Source: Vermamoeba vermiformis (taxonomy: Eukaryota). From it: a stretch of DNA of 64,000 nucleotides. Position numbers and translations under genes: made by a program. A model generated the notes under the pieces. It made no database searches, was not told where the DNA came from, and saw only the letters and a list, made by a program, of their open reading frames with translations. Numbering within the stretch: position 1 is the stretch's first letter; the number at the start of each line of letters is the position of its first letter. Positions 35,301 to 48,836 of this stretch are shown one piece after another. The stretch lies in assembly GCA_045837725.1 (NCBI GenBank), contig JBEWZL010000056.1, positions 62,001 through 126,000 of the forward strand, given 5' to 3'.

Positions 35301-38300
35301 ATGGAGGCCTTTGCGAGACTCCGCCTCTCGCTTCTTTGTTTATGTTTCGTTTTGGCGGTTGTAGTCGCGGATGGACCAGCAGTAACAGCGCTGAATTATC
35401 ATGTAAAAAGTTATCAAACGCTAGAAGAACGAAATGAAATGGCTGTGGTTACTGGTAAGCATCACATCCGACAAACTTTTTTGCCGTTATCGGCAGTCTA
35501 GGATCTCCAATGTTCGGAGAACGATTTTATCCCTAAATATGAATGTATATTTACATTATAACTATAATTTGAGAAAATCAATAGATTTACTGCTAATGAT
35601 TCAGTTTGGACACGTGATACCAAAAGTTCACATTTTAATCAAGTACTTTCGCCCTTTACTTACTGGCTCAATCTTTATATCTAACCGTAATGGACAATAA
35701 TAGTGACGATCTATACTTTAAATTCCTTTGACATTATAAGAAAAATGGGGTTGATCTCCAGAATCGAAAGACATTTAACCAGTATTGCGTAGTTTACGCG
35801 ACGCAATGCGTTTACTATATTAGTTTCGAAAAAATACTCCAAAATGTCTGATTATAATTAATTTCTCGATTGGCGCGTGACCAACTGTCATGCACAATTG
35901 CGGGATCCGGTTACAAAATCTTCAATCCCCTAAGTTTCTGTTGCTTTATATGTCAAACCTAACACTTACATAGTTTATTTCGTTTAAAATTGGTTGACGT
36001 GTATTATTTTGGCATCACACTGATTTTTTTTTTTTGTCAGCGACTTTCGACCAAGATCTCTTCGTTGACCTTGGATGTAACAACACAAAGAGCGATTCAA
36101 TTATCGTACCATGTTGTACAGATGCACAGCAAACACAATGTCTCAATTCAACATCAGTTAATCAATGCATGGGCACGAATCTACTACGAGGAAATGCTAG
36201 CCGCTCTCAATCGCAATATTTCGTGTTCAAAGTTGCAAATCCATCACAATGCAAATCAATTACAATATTAGCAAGGTATGTTTAAGTGTTTTAGCAAACA
36301 GAACCGGTTCTTGTTTCTTGATCTCGAATTGCCCCATTTATTTTATTATGTAATTATTAAAATTATCAAATTATAGAGCTATTACTGGCGATCCCGATTT
36401 ATACATCTCCTTAAATGCGGCTGGTACTACAACACCAGATGTGACTTCCAGATACCGCTCAGAGAGTAAGCCTCATATAAAAATAATTTGCGATAATTCT
36501 CATTGTTTAATATTATTTTTAGATATTGGAAGTGATTCTTGGAGCCTCTGCTGCGATGATATCAATAGAAATGTTGCTGGATGGACAGGAGACGTTTATT
36601 TTACCGTATTTGGCAGTTCAGAAACAATTTATGAGCTCGAAATTCTTAGTAAGTACTAAATTATAGTTTTGAACAAAAAATACGCTTTTAAAAATTAATT
36701 TGGATCCGGATCTCATCACCTTTATTCTAATGCTTTATATTTTAGCTACGTCGCGATTAAATATTACTGATACATATGCACTACCGCAATTACAAGTCGA
36801 TTGCAACGGAAATAACGCTTTGAGTGTTTCCGATTGTACTGAGTTTGCGTGTGCCTCGCTGCCTCCTACAGCAGATCCGCTCTTTTCTTACCTTGCTGCC
36901 ATGTCGTAAGTCCCGGCCACTATAGACAACTATCATATAAATCTAATTCCATATTTATAGGGGCTTGCCCGTGACGTTGGACTACAGATCCAAACAGCTG
37001 TCCATTGCTTTGTTTTTGAGACGCGAACGATTTACTTCAATTACAGTACGTGCATTTATTATATTATATTACATTATACTATTATGGTAATAACGATGTC
37101 ATATTTTTAGACTTCAACTACCAGACTGCCATTCGCCGAGTCTTTGTTGACTGATTCGACGTGCGTGTATTCTTTTCCTAATATCATCAATGCTGCGGGA
37201 GAGGTAACACCACCTTGCTAGTGTCGGCTATAAGCTATTCTAACCAATATCCACAGCCTATGATTGCAACATTGCCTCTGAAACAAGCCGAGTTAGCGTG
37301 TTCTCAATCGAGTTTCCGTGGAGCTGTTCAAGGTACTAACTTTAGGAATTAATAAGCTCCTAATTACTGATAAAATAATTTCTAGGAATTAATAGTGTGT
37401 TGGATTCGCTTCGTGCTGCCTCTCCTGAAAATATCAACGTTGTAACTGACTTCGTGCAACAAGTACGTTCACTGAACATTTCCTTTTATGGCAGTAAATG
37501 GGTGCGCTAACCTTATCTTTCAGTCTGCTGCTTATGTCGTGAGTGACGCGTGGGTGGGATGTATTGACATGATCGAGAACAAGTTGTTGAAGCAACAGTT
37601 CGAGCAACAGTCAGTCAGCAACACTACGAGCTGCTTCGTTACTGATACGACGAGTGATGCGTACTTCTCGGACCCTTGCTGCAACCCAGAGTACGTGCTA
37701 TTAATACCATTCCTAAGCGTGAACTAACTGTCAAAACATCCAGTCTCGAGTTACAAATGTGCTGCGTGCCGCGTGACATTTCAGCTCCAGTTGCTTCTTT
37801 TGCCGTCAACGCTGATGCTTTGAGCTCAACTTGCACGCACTCTCGTTGTGCTGAGGTGAGCTACTTTGCAATCCCTAGTAACTTTTGTTGACTTTTCAAA
37901 CAGCCCGTGCTCAACGATTACATTGTCTTGCGACAAGCTGCTGGTACTCTAGGCACAGGCTGCGCCGAAGAAAGCATAATAGTAAGTATACATAAACTGC
38001 AAATATAGCCCTCAGCGTGACACTTAAACTTTTTTGACAGGCTTTGAACGATCCGTTTTTCGTGGTGAATCCGTTGAGCAGTTGCCTCAACCAAGTCTTC
38101 CAACAAAGTTGTGACTCAGCCGGCGATTGTGACGCGCACTACAACAACAGCATTTGTTTGTTGAATGGCTGGTGCCAAATGCCGTGCGAGACCAATGACG
38201 ATTGTTTCACGGGCAATTGCACGACGATTTCACAAGTCAAGACTTGCGTGCTGTACGATCCTAACGGCGAAGACCGAACTGGAAACCGTTTGTTGATCGA

Positions 38301-41300
38301 GGTAAGTTCATTATAACACCTTGTATTATAGTACTAATGTCTCCTTAGTGTTTGAACAAAAACATCAACTCGTTCGTGAATTTGTTCATCAGACAACAAT
38401 TGGGCTTGAATTGTAAGTCACGTGATATTATACGACACATATTAATTAACTATAAAATGTTAGCAACGTCATCAAATGAAGAGTTTGAGCAAAAAGTCTT
38501 TGAAGATCTGTCACAGTTCACGTGTGTTGGTGACATTGGCACCATTCCTCAATCGCACAAAACGAACCAAACATTATGTGAAAGTACACGAGCCTGCAAC
38601 TGGGTCACGTGCACTGATCTTGACGCACCAAGCACGTGCACCGAAGAAAATTGCATGGATCCGTACATGGGCAGTGACAACTTTTGCTTGGGTTGTTTGT
38701 CGAAGACAAATTGTTTTGAGGTACGGCATTAATTATATATTGCCTTATAAAGCTATTCTTGCTAATGCTTTCATTTACAGATTTCAGTTTTCCCGAGATG
38801 CGAGTACAAGAGTTACAACGGCAGATCCGGATGTGAGGCACTCGGTGGTCACTATAACCCCATTGCTGGTGTAGTCTCGTTAAATGAGGTCTGTTGGCGT
38901 GCCAGAAACTCTAGCTACGAGACCTGTTTCCCGCCAAATCTTTGTCCGACCGTCACCGTAAGTTTTGACACCTTGACACTTTGACACGCAATATTTCGCT
39001 AACAAAACCAATTATAGCAACAAAGTTGCGAGCCTTCGTGCTACTTCCCCAACGTTAATCAGACGGATTGTTCTGGCACCATTGACGGCTATAGTGTCAC
39101 TTGGCGAGGTAACTCAAATGGTGATGGCGCGTGTGTCGTGTCAACGGCTGTGTCTCAAGCTAGTTGCACTGGTCCAAACGCGCAGTGGTGGTATGTAATC
39201 TTGGTTACATTATAGACCTTGGGAAGTAACTCACGGGTACTTTTTTTAGGCCTGGAACACTTCAATGGGAAGGCTCTTTTGTGTCCGAGCAAGAGTGCAC
39301 GAGCATTGGCTACTGCGCCTCAAAATTCACCTTTACAACTGAAGCAGATTGCTTGAGTGACGCTTTCAATTACTGCGAGGGATGCAGCGTCTGTGGCTCT
39401 CAACAGATTTGCGAGTCTCAGGGCACGTGCGACTCTCACATCGGCTGTCATTTGCCGTTCAATGCTGAAGGCGACTGCAGTTTGACATCTGACATTTGGA
39501 CTCCGAACGGCTGTTGGAGAGAAACTATTGGTTCTACTGTCGCATGTAACTCGCTCGGAGGGTACGCCGAACTCGTTCAATGAAAAAAAATTCATAGCTG
39601 ACACTTGCCTTATTTAGTAAATGGCTCGCCGAAGCTGAGAGCAAATCAACGTGTGAAGACAAAGGCTACATTTGCGTTGAGCCCCAGACAGCCGGCTTGA
39701 CTTCGCGTCGTCGACAAAATGAACGACCAGCTGGTATCTCGTTCAAAAACGCTACGGAGTGCTCAGCGTGTTCTGGCGAGTACAAATCATTCTACACTTT
39801 TAAGCCCGTAAGCACCGTACTTGCATCAACTTTTTGACACTAACATGTGAATCAGTATCGTTGGATCCAATCACGATATATCCCTGGTCAGTGGAAGACA
39901 CGAGAATGGGGTCAAGCACATTTATGGGCTGGATCTGTTGACACCGACAAGTTTGAAGATCTGCACGCCAGATCTGCTGCACGAAGATACGCCAATATTG
40001 CTCAATCGAACATTTTGTGCAGGTAAGTCACGCTTAGTACGTCATATAAACCTGCAGTATTAACGGTATTATAGATACGGCAAGAGCAGCCAAGTCGCTG
40101 ATCAATTGAGTTGTGATTGTGGTGTTGACGGCAGCGACAGTCCGTGCTTCAACACGCTGTCAAAGCAGGTCGTTCAAGTCGCACAAGTGTGCACGAACAT
40201 TCCAGTGACAATTCAAACACCACTTGGATCGCTTAAGGCCTCGGATAAGATCAGTGTTGACGGCAGTGACTGCAGTGAAATTTCAGTGGCGGTTGTGCCT
40301 GTCAATCAATTTTCACAACGCCGACAGGTCTCATTGAGCTCAGTCTCCGTGTCGTTGTCGCAATCTGGCCGCGCAGATCAAGTACGTAGTTCACAGTGCC
40401 CGAGACCTATTATATATACTAACCCTTATTATTCAGTTACGCTTCATTAAGAATCAACGCGGCATCGCGATTGGCGAGCTCATCGGCGATGGTGTAGAAT
40501 TCACGCCCACAAATCCAATCCTCGATGGTCTGACTGTTTGCTTGACTATTGATAGCGTAAGTGATTTTCACGTGGTTAGTAGCAAAGTATTAATTTCCTT
40601 ATTTGGAAATCAGAACTGGAACTCGTCATTGCCTGCTGCTTATTTTGATGTAGCTTATCCGACTGACGCTAATTACACCGGCTTTGCAATTCTCGGCCTG
40701 GCACTTGGTCTTGACACGAGGTGAGTTCTATTTTGACACTTTGATGTTGAATTCTCTGATTGACACTTAGTTCATGAACAGAGAAATTTGCTTTGATTAT
40801 TTGGCCACGCGCACCGAAGATGTCACGGCGTTCTTCCCTATTATCTTGATTCAAGACTATGACAATGCCTCGTTCATTCAAGGCCTGTTCCCTGGTGAAA
40901 TTTTCATCATTTTCTTCGGTGTGTTGATTTACCTCTTGACGACTGCCTTCACTTTGTTCCATTTGGGCAAGCACATTGTAGCCTATATGCAAGGCGATCA
41001 AGCACGATCTTTCCTCAGTTTAAGTCGTGTCGCGCTCATGGTCCTGGCCCTCGTGTTGTTGAGTAAGTCCTCGACTTGCCTAATTAGGAAATATCGTTAC
41101 TAACGTGGCTCAAAACCATCAGTTCGCCTCGTATACTTGTTGCTTTTGCCGTTTGGCGTGCTCGAGCAATACAAGCCAATCGATGTTATTTTCTCGGAAT
41201 TGCCTGCCCTGTTATTCTGCTACATCTATTCAATCATCGTGCTTCGATGGTACGTTTAAACATTTTTGAACAAGATCTAGATCCAGATCCGGATCTCCGA

Positions 41301-42195
41301 CTTGTGCATGAGACTTATATGACCTTTCCAGGGCTGAAATCTACCATTTCTCGATGTCAGGTGCCAAGCCTGGCTTTTCCAAGTTAAAACCAGCTGTGAT
41401 TACGCTCATCATATTCTTGGGCGTGGCCTTCATTGTGCTGCTAGCGCTGTTCTTGGCGATAGTTGTGCCCGTTATCAAAGTAGATTGCACGACTCCTGAA
41501 GATGAAATCAACGCGAGAACGGCAACTGAAGTCGTTGCAATCGTCTACAAAGTCTTTTTCGCCGCTATTTGCATCACGTTGTCGGCCTTGTTTGTGTTGT
41601 ACGGCGCACGCATTATTCGACTCATGAGACAAGGTCAAGCCCAATCTGACAAGAATAAGATAATGAAACGAAAGAAGACGATGTACAGGGTAAGTTATTA
41701 ATTAGCCAATTTTACGTTTGACCAAAGTTTGACCGACATTCATTGCTCGATCTGGTTTATTTTTCGCTTGCTATGCTAATTTTTTAATACTTATTAATGT
41801 CTTATATTTAGTTGATGATTATTTCCGGCGTTTCTGCGGTTTGTCTGCTCGCTCAAGCAGCGAATCTGTTCTGGAGTTCTTTCGACCAATCCCGAAACAT
41901 CTATGGTGTATTAATCTTCTTATACGTCATAGAAATAGCGCCTTCTATCATCTTCATATTAATGTTCAAACGTGGCTCTTTGTTCTCACGATATAACCGA
42001 AAACGAGATGCGACTGGATCCGGCAGTGGTCAAGGCTCTACTGCTAGCGGCAATGCTACTAGTATGAGGACACGTATGCCTAGCATGGGACAGTCAGATG
42101 CACTCGAAAGATCCGAAATCGCAGACAGATCTGAAACGCTTGAAAGATCCGAAGTTATTGATCGATCAGAGGTTGTTGAAGAGTCCTCTGAGTAA
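35301..42195 (+). CDS. Large Cys-rich ectodomain 7TM receptor-like protein (THH1/TOM1-like membrane domain), about 20 exons
   Basis: Signal peptide exon at 35301, many Cys-rich exons, then TM region with ELPALLFCYIYSIIVLRWAEIYHF, LFVLYGARII and YVIEIAPSII; tail with ERSE/DRSE repeats. Confidence 0.7.
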
Positions 42196-42351
42196 TCCTT
42201 TGCACTAACGTTAATGAATTGTTTGTATAATATATCGTAATAATAAAATGCCCATTCCGCAAAACCTGAAAAAGCGAATTCGGCGACAGAAAAAAAACGA
42301 ATTGATCGATTTAGTTTTGCTTATCTGACTAGACCTACAACAAATACAAAA

Positions 42352-43759
42352 ATGATTAATGCGGTATTTTTCGTGCTTATAATGCTTTTTAGCAGTAATC
42401 AAGGTAAACAGCTTTGGCTAATTCGAGATCAGACACTAACCGTCGAATACAGGACAACATTGCGGCTCAAATCAATTCACAGTCAAAAATAGTAATGGAG
42501 ATGAATATCTTACAATCAATTCTCCGAATGAAGTTAAAGCTTGCGGCGGGATCAACATCTGCGACGAGCTTGCTGTTGCCACGCAATCCCTATCGCTTGA
42601 TAACAACGGTCTGCTTTCAATATCAAGTGGAAACTCCGTAATTTTAGGCGATAATAGCATAACGAACGAAATTCAAACTTTGGCACTAGATGGCGACTCC
42701 TTGACACTTTCAAAAGACGGAGGATACATCAGATTGCCGGATGCAAGTAGCACAAACGAGCTGCAAGTAATAGCCATTACTGGCGATACTCTATCGCTTT
42801 CGAACAACGGCGGAAGTATCAAATTACCCGATGCCAGTGCCACAAACGAACTTCAAACTTTGGCACTAGATGGCGACTCCTTGACTCTTTCAAAAGACGG
42901 AGGATACATCAGATTGCCGGATGCAAGTAGCACAAACGAGCTGCAAGTAATAGCTATAACTGGCGATACTCTATCGCTTTCGAACAACGGCGGAAGTATC
43001 AAATTACCCGATGCTAGTGCCACAAACGAACTTCAAACTCTTTCTCTGGCAGGCGACACGTTAGCGCTTTCAAACAGCGGAGGCAGTGTCAAACTACCCG
43101 ATGCGAGCAGTACAAACGAACTCCAAACTTTATCGTTGAGTCAGGCTGGCGAGTTGTCACTTTCAAATGGAAATTCCGTCACTTTGGCGGACAATAGCGC
43201 AACGAATGAATTGCAAACTCTGTCTTTAGTTGGAGATACAATATCGCTTTCAAACAATGGCGGCAGCTTGACCTTACCAAACTCGAGCAGTACGAATGAA
43301 CTTCAGACCCTTTCTGTTGTCGGCAACACAATGTCGCTTTCAAACGATGGAGGCAGCGTTAAATTACCACTGAACAAAATCCACGCGCACTTTCCTGGGA
43401 ACACTGTCTTCGTCGCTGGAGCAGCCTGGACTCAAATATTAGTGACAACGGCTAACATCCCAGCTCCAGGCTGGGTGTTACTGACGTTCCATTGTAGCAT
43501 TGTCTCGAACCCTGGTTATGGATTCGACGTTGGTGTAATATTATCCAACAGTTCTGTTTATTCAAACAGTGACTATTACAAGATAACTTTCGCGAGAACC
43601 CCTGTGGACTCTGTGTTTCCCGTTTATACAGAGGCTGTCTTTCAAGTTAGCGGTGGTGATCAGAAGTTTTATGTGTGGGGAAAATGTGCCAGTCAATGTC
43701 CTTCAGTATTCTACCCCAGAATAATGGTGCATTACTTCAGCGATGGATTTTTTAAATAA
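42352..43759 (+). CDS. Secreted protein with about eight 30-aa tandem repeats, join(42352..42403,42453..43759)
   Basis: Signal MINAVFFVLIMLF, 49-nt intron, repeats DASSTNELQTLSLxGDTLSLSNxGGSVKLP, and a beta-rich C-terminal domain. Confidence 0.8.
42672..43039 (+). repeat. Near-perfect 180-bp tandem duplication within the repeat-protein gene
   Basis: 42672-42851 recurs at +180 with only a few third-position changes. Confidence 0.9.
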
Positions 43760-43832
43760 AACGAGTTTGTTACAAAAAAATGAGAATTTAGTACAGTGAG
43801 CAAAATAAGCACCACCATTAGCCACTAACAAA

Positions 43833-45728
43833 ATGGTAAGACCTGGACGTGGAAGATTTGAAGAAAAAAAAGATAATTTGTACCGGATTCGTACTCGATC
43901 TAACAAAATTCTTATTTCCGACAGGCTCGCTCATATGTACTACTGGTTGTAGTTGCTTTATTTAGCTTTGGAGTATGCTCTGTTCAAGCTGTTAATTGGC
44001 CGGTATTGACGAATCAAACGATTTCGGCCGTTCCTCCTCAAGAGTTTCGTACCTTAAACTCTACTACGTTAAAAACTATCTCACCAACCGTACGTACATA
44101 TTTATTTAAAATTAATTATATTTTTTGGGGGAGAAATAACGTATTTTCGAAATTTTTTTTGTAGGCTATGAGCGGATTGCTTCCAGCACAAATGATCGAA
44201 ATCCCTCCTTCAGCACTGCAAGGTCTTACTAAAAAACAAATGCAAAATATTCGTGGCCTGGTATGCGCAGTCTTCACGGTGGAACAATCAGCGAATCTCG
44301 CTCCACTTTCTTGCCGTGGATTTGAACCCGAGTGCATCCGCTCGCTTTCAGTTCAAGCTCTTTCCGCCTTTACCCTCAAATGCATTGCAGAAGTACCCAA
44401 TTTTATGATTCCTCTCCTTTCTACACAACAATTTACTGCGATCCAACCTTCCGCCTTGCGTGGTCTGGATTGCGATCAGATGTGGGATATTGGAAACCAT
44501 ATCATGGAAGCCATCACTCCCGTCATGCTCTCGAATCTCTCGCGTGCTTGTTGCTTCGTCAATGGTCGCAGTGTGCATCATATGAAAGAGGAGACCATCA
44601 AGTCCATGACATCCAGCTGCATTGAAATGGCCGATGGAACTATCTTCGAGTCCATTGGTCTAAGAAGATTCGTTATGATTCCTAAGCGCGCTTACTCTGG
44701 CATTCGATACGACCAAGCCATGAAGATGGACAAACGGATCGTAGATTCGCTTACTTTGGAAGATCTGCTGGATACGCTCTCTGGTGCCGGCATGGTGGGC
44801 TTGCTCTCGTCCCATTCCCACTTTAGGGACCTGATTAATAGATACGGCATGTCACTGGTCAGAAACTTGACCGTGGAGCACATCTACCCTGAAGATTCTA
44901 TTCACATGGCTGTGATGCGACAAAGTGTGGGTGCTGCGCACCTCGATCCGAAGATTTTCGTCGTGCATTGGGAAGAAATTCGTTCTCGATTGGAAAGCAC
45001 CAACTGGCTCGAAGTGTATTTACTGAGCTCTGATACTCCTGCTAGTGTTTTTACGGATCACACCGTCGCGGCTATGATGGAGTACAATTTCTTCGGTTTG
45101 ACGTTGGATATGTTCAAGAAGGTGCCTCCGCATATGTTCAAACACGCTACTGCTGATGGCGTCAGACTTTGGCCACAAGAATTCGTAGTGTCAATTACGC
45201 TGGAAATTTTCAAGGAACTTTCTGTGGATGCGTTCCTGGAGCTCTACGAAGATTTGTACCACATTCGTGCAGACTGGGTGTCTTCTATCCCTATCGCAGC
45301 TATTCCTCGTATGCAGTTCTGGGGCTTGTATTGCGCACAAGCCTATGCATTCACTCCTGAGCAGATCGCCGTTATGACTCCGTCGCAGCTTGAGCTAGTT
45401 CAGGGCGAAATAGTGAGCGACTTAAATAGCCTTAAATATATATATGGATAACTAATATGATTTTTAGAACTGGTGCACTGAGTCGACGGCTCCTCGCAAC
45501 ACCCCGATCTCCGGCACTCCAGTACAAGATACTCCTCTAATGCAAGAAACTCCTGCTTTTTCTGCTCCTGTCAACCAAGGTGTCGTAGAAGATAAGGGGC
45601 TTACTGTTGGTGGAGTATTTGCAATCATCTTCGCCATCGCTGTTGTGATCCAGTCCAGCGTGATCGGCTACCACATCTACAACAAGCGTAAACGCGGCAG
45701 TGGTCTTGGTCAATACGATCAACTTTAA
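43833..45728 (+). CDS. Type I membrane protein with degenerate helical repeats
   Basis: ATG-only first coding exon (43833-43835, then GTAAG), signal peptide exon, ORF 44168-45451 with IPPSALQGLTKKQ-like repeats, final TM GGVFAIIFAIAVVI and basic tail. Confidence 0.7.
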
Positions 45729-45818
45729 GTATCATTATTATTATAGTTAAATAATAAACTATTAGCTCTATTATAAACAAACGAAATTTACAATACCGGT
45801 ACGAGGCCTAAATCTGGC

Positions 45819-47597
45819 CTACAAATTGCCGGACATAAAACCTTCTTCGTCAGCAGGGACTATATAAGAGTTAATAAAACATAATAATATGTAACGTTGG
45901 ACGTACTTCTGACTGGCGCCATCATTCGTCGTTTACGCCAAAAGTAGAATCCGGTAAATCCAGCGCCGATCAGCATAATTCCGCCAATAACACCAGTCCA
46001 CGCGTAGTTGTAAGTGTTATCAACAGGCATTACGCACTCGACTGAATAGGTGCTCGCAAAAGTTGCAGGATTGTAGTAATATTTGCCTAAACAGCCGTTG
46101 TAACATCGCACCAAGTAGCCACAATTCTTCATGGCACATGACTCGGGCAACATTGACACCTCGCGGCATTTGTTCTCGGTCATGCATTGTGTCAATGTCT
46201 AGCAAAGATAAGTATTAAAATAACTATACAAGTTCGAACTAAAGTCTGAAACCCTACCTGGAACTGCGTGTTGCAACTGTCTCGGGTCTTTTGGTTGAAA
46301 TATACTTCGGGTGCAAACACGTTACTTGGCACGCACACCTTGTCTCCTTGATGAGGATCACATAGGCACTGACCTCCCTTGCTTGTACAGTCGTCACATG
46401 CAGCTACAATCACACGGTCAGCATCAATGCATAAAAACACGTGTCAAATTAGGAATTTCACAGAAAACAACGAGATTGTTATATACGTACTATTGGCTGT
46501 ATATTCAACTGCAGCGCATTTGTTTCCTTTGCATTCTAAGCCCATTTCACAGTCCAATCGATCGGCACAATCTTCGTTAGCTTTCTTCGCGTAAATTTTC
46601 TTGCATTCTAATTGACATTTTAGTACTATATAATAACTATAATGATGTCGCTTACTTTGCTCGACGCAACGCATTGACGGACCACAAGGGTTAGATCCGG
46701 TATCTACATCACACGAGCTTCCCTACAGATAAAAGGAGAGACTATTAGACCATATATATAACATTAGGCCGGCAAGTAGCACTATATTAATATAATTGAT
46801 GCTGTACCTCTGAAATTTCTGTGCATTTACGCTCGACACAAGTTAGTCCATAACCGCAATCAACAGTATTGCTGCACTCTCCGTCTTTTTGCACTGACTT
46901 GCATTTGCCATCAATACATGCGCCATTCAAACATTGTCTATCGTGCGTGCATATTTCTCCGGCCCTAAAAGTTTAAAGTAAGCCAAAAATCAATATTGAA
47001 AATCTCGATCTGGTCGCGAGAATCTCCAAAATCAATATAATATTCTATGATAAGTATTAATACTATATATAGAATTTTTGGCAATATTCCTATCGCTAAA
47101 TATGAAGAAGGAACGTACTCGGCGGATTTGGCGAACTTGCAAGTTGCATTACAGAATACTTCTGCGCCAATAAGGGCTGTATTGCATTGTGAATCAAATA
47201 CGCATTTATCTCCAGGCTTATACGGCCCTCTAACGCAAACGCCGTTGTTGCAGCGCAGATTCAATTCGGTGATCTGACATACGGCCAGTCCTGCCGGCTG
47301 ATTACTTTAAAAAAATTAATTATAATTATTATAAAATATTGGGCGAAGTACTGAAAGAAATATGCATTAATTGACTTGAAATTATGATTTTTTCGGATTT
47401 GCGAAATGTCTAGCGCTCCTTCAATGACATGAAGGTCCTCTAAATACGCACCTTATATCATTAGGCAAATTAAATGCGTCAGTATTGCATCCTTCCGACT
47501 CTTTTGAATTATAGAAGTGCACGCAACTCGGATCACTTGCTGCACGACAGATCGTCAGCAATGCAAGCACTATCAATACTTGATACCGCAAATACAT
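45819..47597 (-). CDS. Cys-rich repeat single-pass membrane protein
   Basis: Signal MYLRYQVLIVLALLTIC, repeated Cx4-5Cx3-5C modules, TM WTGVIGGIMLIGAGFTGFYFW followed by RKRR. Confidence 0.65.
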
Positions 47598-47953
47598 CGA
47601 GTGCCTATGTTGTTGGAAATAGAAACAATGACTGAACTATTTTTGGTTCAGAAAAGAAACAGGCTCAATTGAGCTTGGTTTTTGCCATCTCTAGTGATAA
47701 TCGCACGCTTCATATATATTTTATGAATATATTTCACTGTCGCGTGTGCACATCCGCGAGCACACTAAGTTTATCCGAAAACGTGATCTTGCGTAAAGAC
47801 TTTATATAATTCGTTGCAGCAGATTCAACCTCATCACCATAGGCTTTGCGCAATCGACAAAAAATGACACGATTCTTGAATAAAAACAGAAAAGTTTTAT
47901 TTTACAAAATTGCCGCAAGCTATTTACAAGTTAGTACATCACGTTAGCATGAT

Positions 47954-48836
47954 TTATGACCAGCTAATCAAATTCTCAACGTTGTTCCATTCATAACCGC
48001 CAAGGTCATTATTGCGACAGGTAGCGGATTCGATGTCAAAACTTAAAAACTCGGGACAACTCTCTGACGAAGCCATGCTACTGCTAGGTGAATCATGTGA
48101 CGATTGGCTGCTATAGTACGATGCACTAGACGTATTCATGTCAGGAGTGCTGATTTGTGGTGCGGCTTCGGGATCCGGTGTGACTAAAAGCGTGGATGTG
48201 ACTCCGCCCTGGTTGGGGTTGTATACATTCCTGACGCGGACTTCCATTCCATTATACTTTATGACTGGCTCGGGAACGATATGGTAAGACGGTTTTACGG
48301 GCATCGGCAGAATTTGGTTGGATTCGGTTGCCTTGAAATTCTCGATCCAAGATTGGATCTTGGCTTCAACCGCGCTCCATCCTTTAGTTCGCGGTGATAA
48401 GTTCATGAACTGGCTCATCTTCGTAGGGCTTAAATAGTCATATTAGTAAGTTTTAAGACCAGCAAGATGTGGCAACATCAAGATTTGAATCAATCGTTGA
48501 AAATTGCGGCCCGATTAAAAACTTTGCGGCACATTTTACTCATTCGCATAATGAGATGTTTCATGAAGCGATTGCTTACCTCAAGCCGCACTCTCGAGCG
48601 ATTTGTTTTTGCGATTTGGCACCTGTAAGCAGGATCTGTCTGACGCATCTAACGAGGCTAGCATTGGGAGGCTTTTTAGAGTAAGTCGGAATCGTCATTG
48701 AGGGCACTAAGCCAAGCATCATAAGCTGATCGACATCGAGAGTAGTAAAGCGTGCGCGTTTGATTTGAGGCATGTATTCGAGTTGATCCAAATCCGTACT
48801 GAAAGCGTCTTCAGCTGTTCTTTTCAAACCGTACAT
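47954..48836 (-). CDS. Putative transcription regulator with Cro/C1(XRE)-like HTH, paralog 1 (intron 48429-48579)
   Basis: Spliced SQKQIARECGLSPTKMSQFMNLSPRTKGWSAVEAKIQSW, basic N-terminal motifs, Ser-rich acidic tail. Confidence 0.65.

Noticed and set aside
42672-43370. CRISPR-like periodic repeats
   Set aside because: These are in-frame 90-nt coding repeats with no unique spacers and no cas genes.
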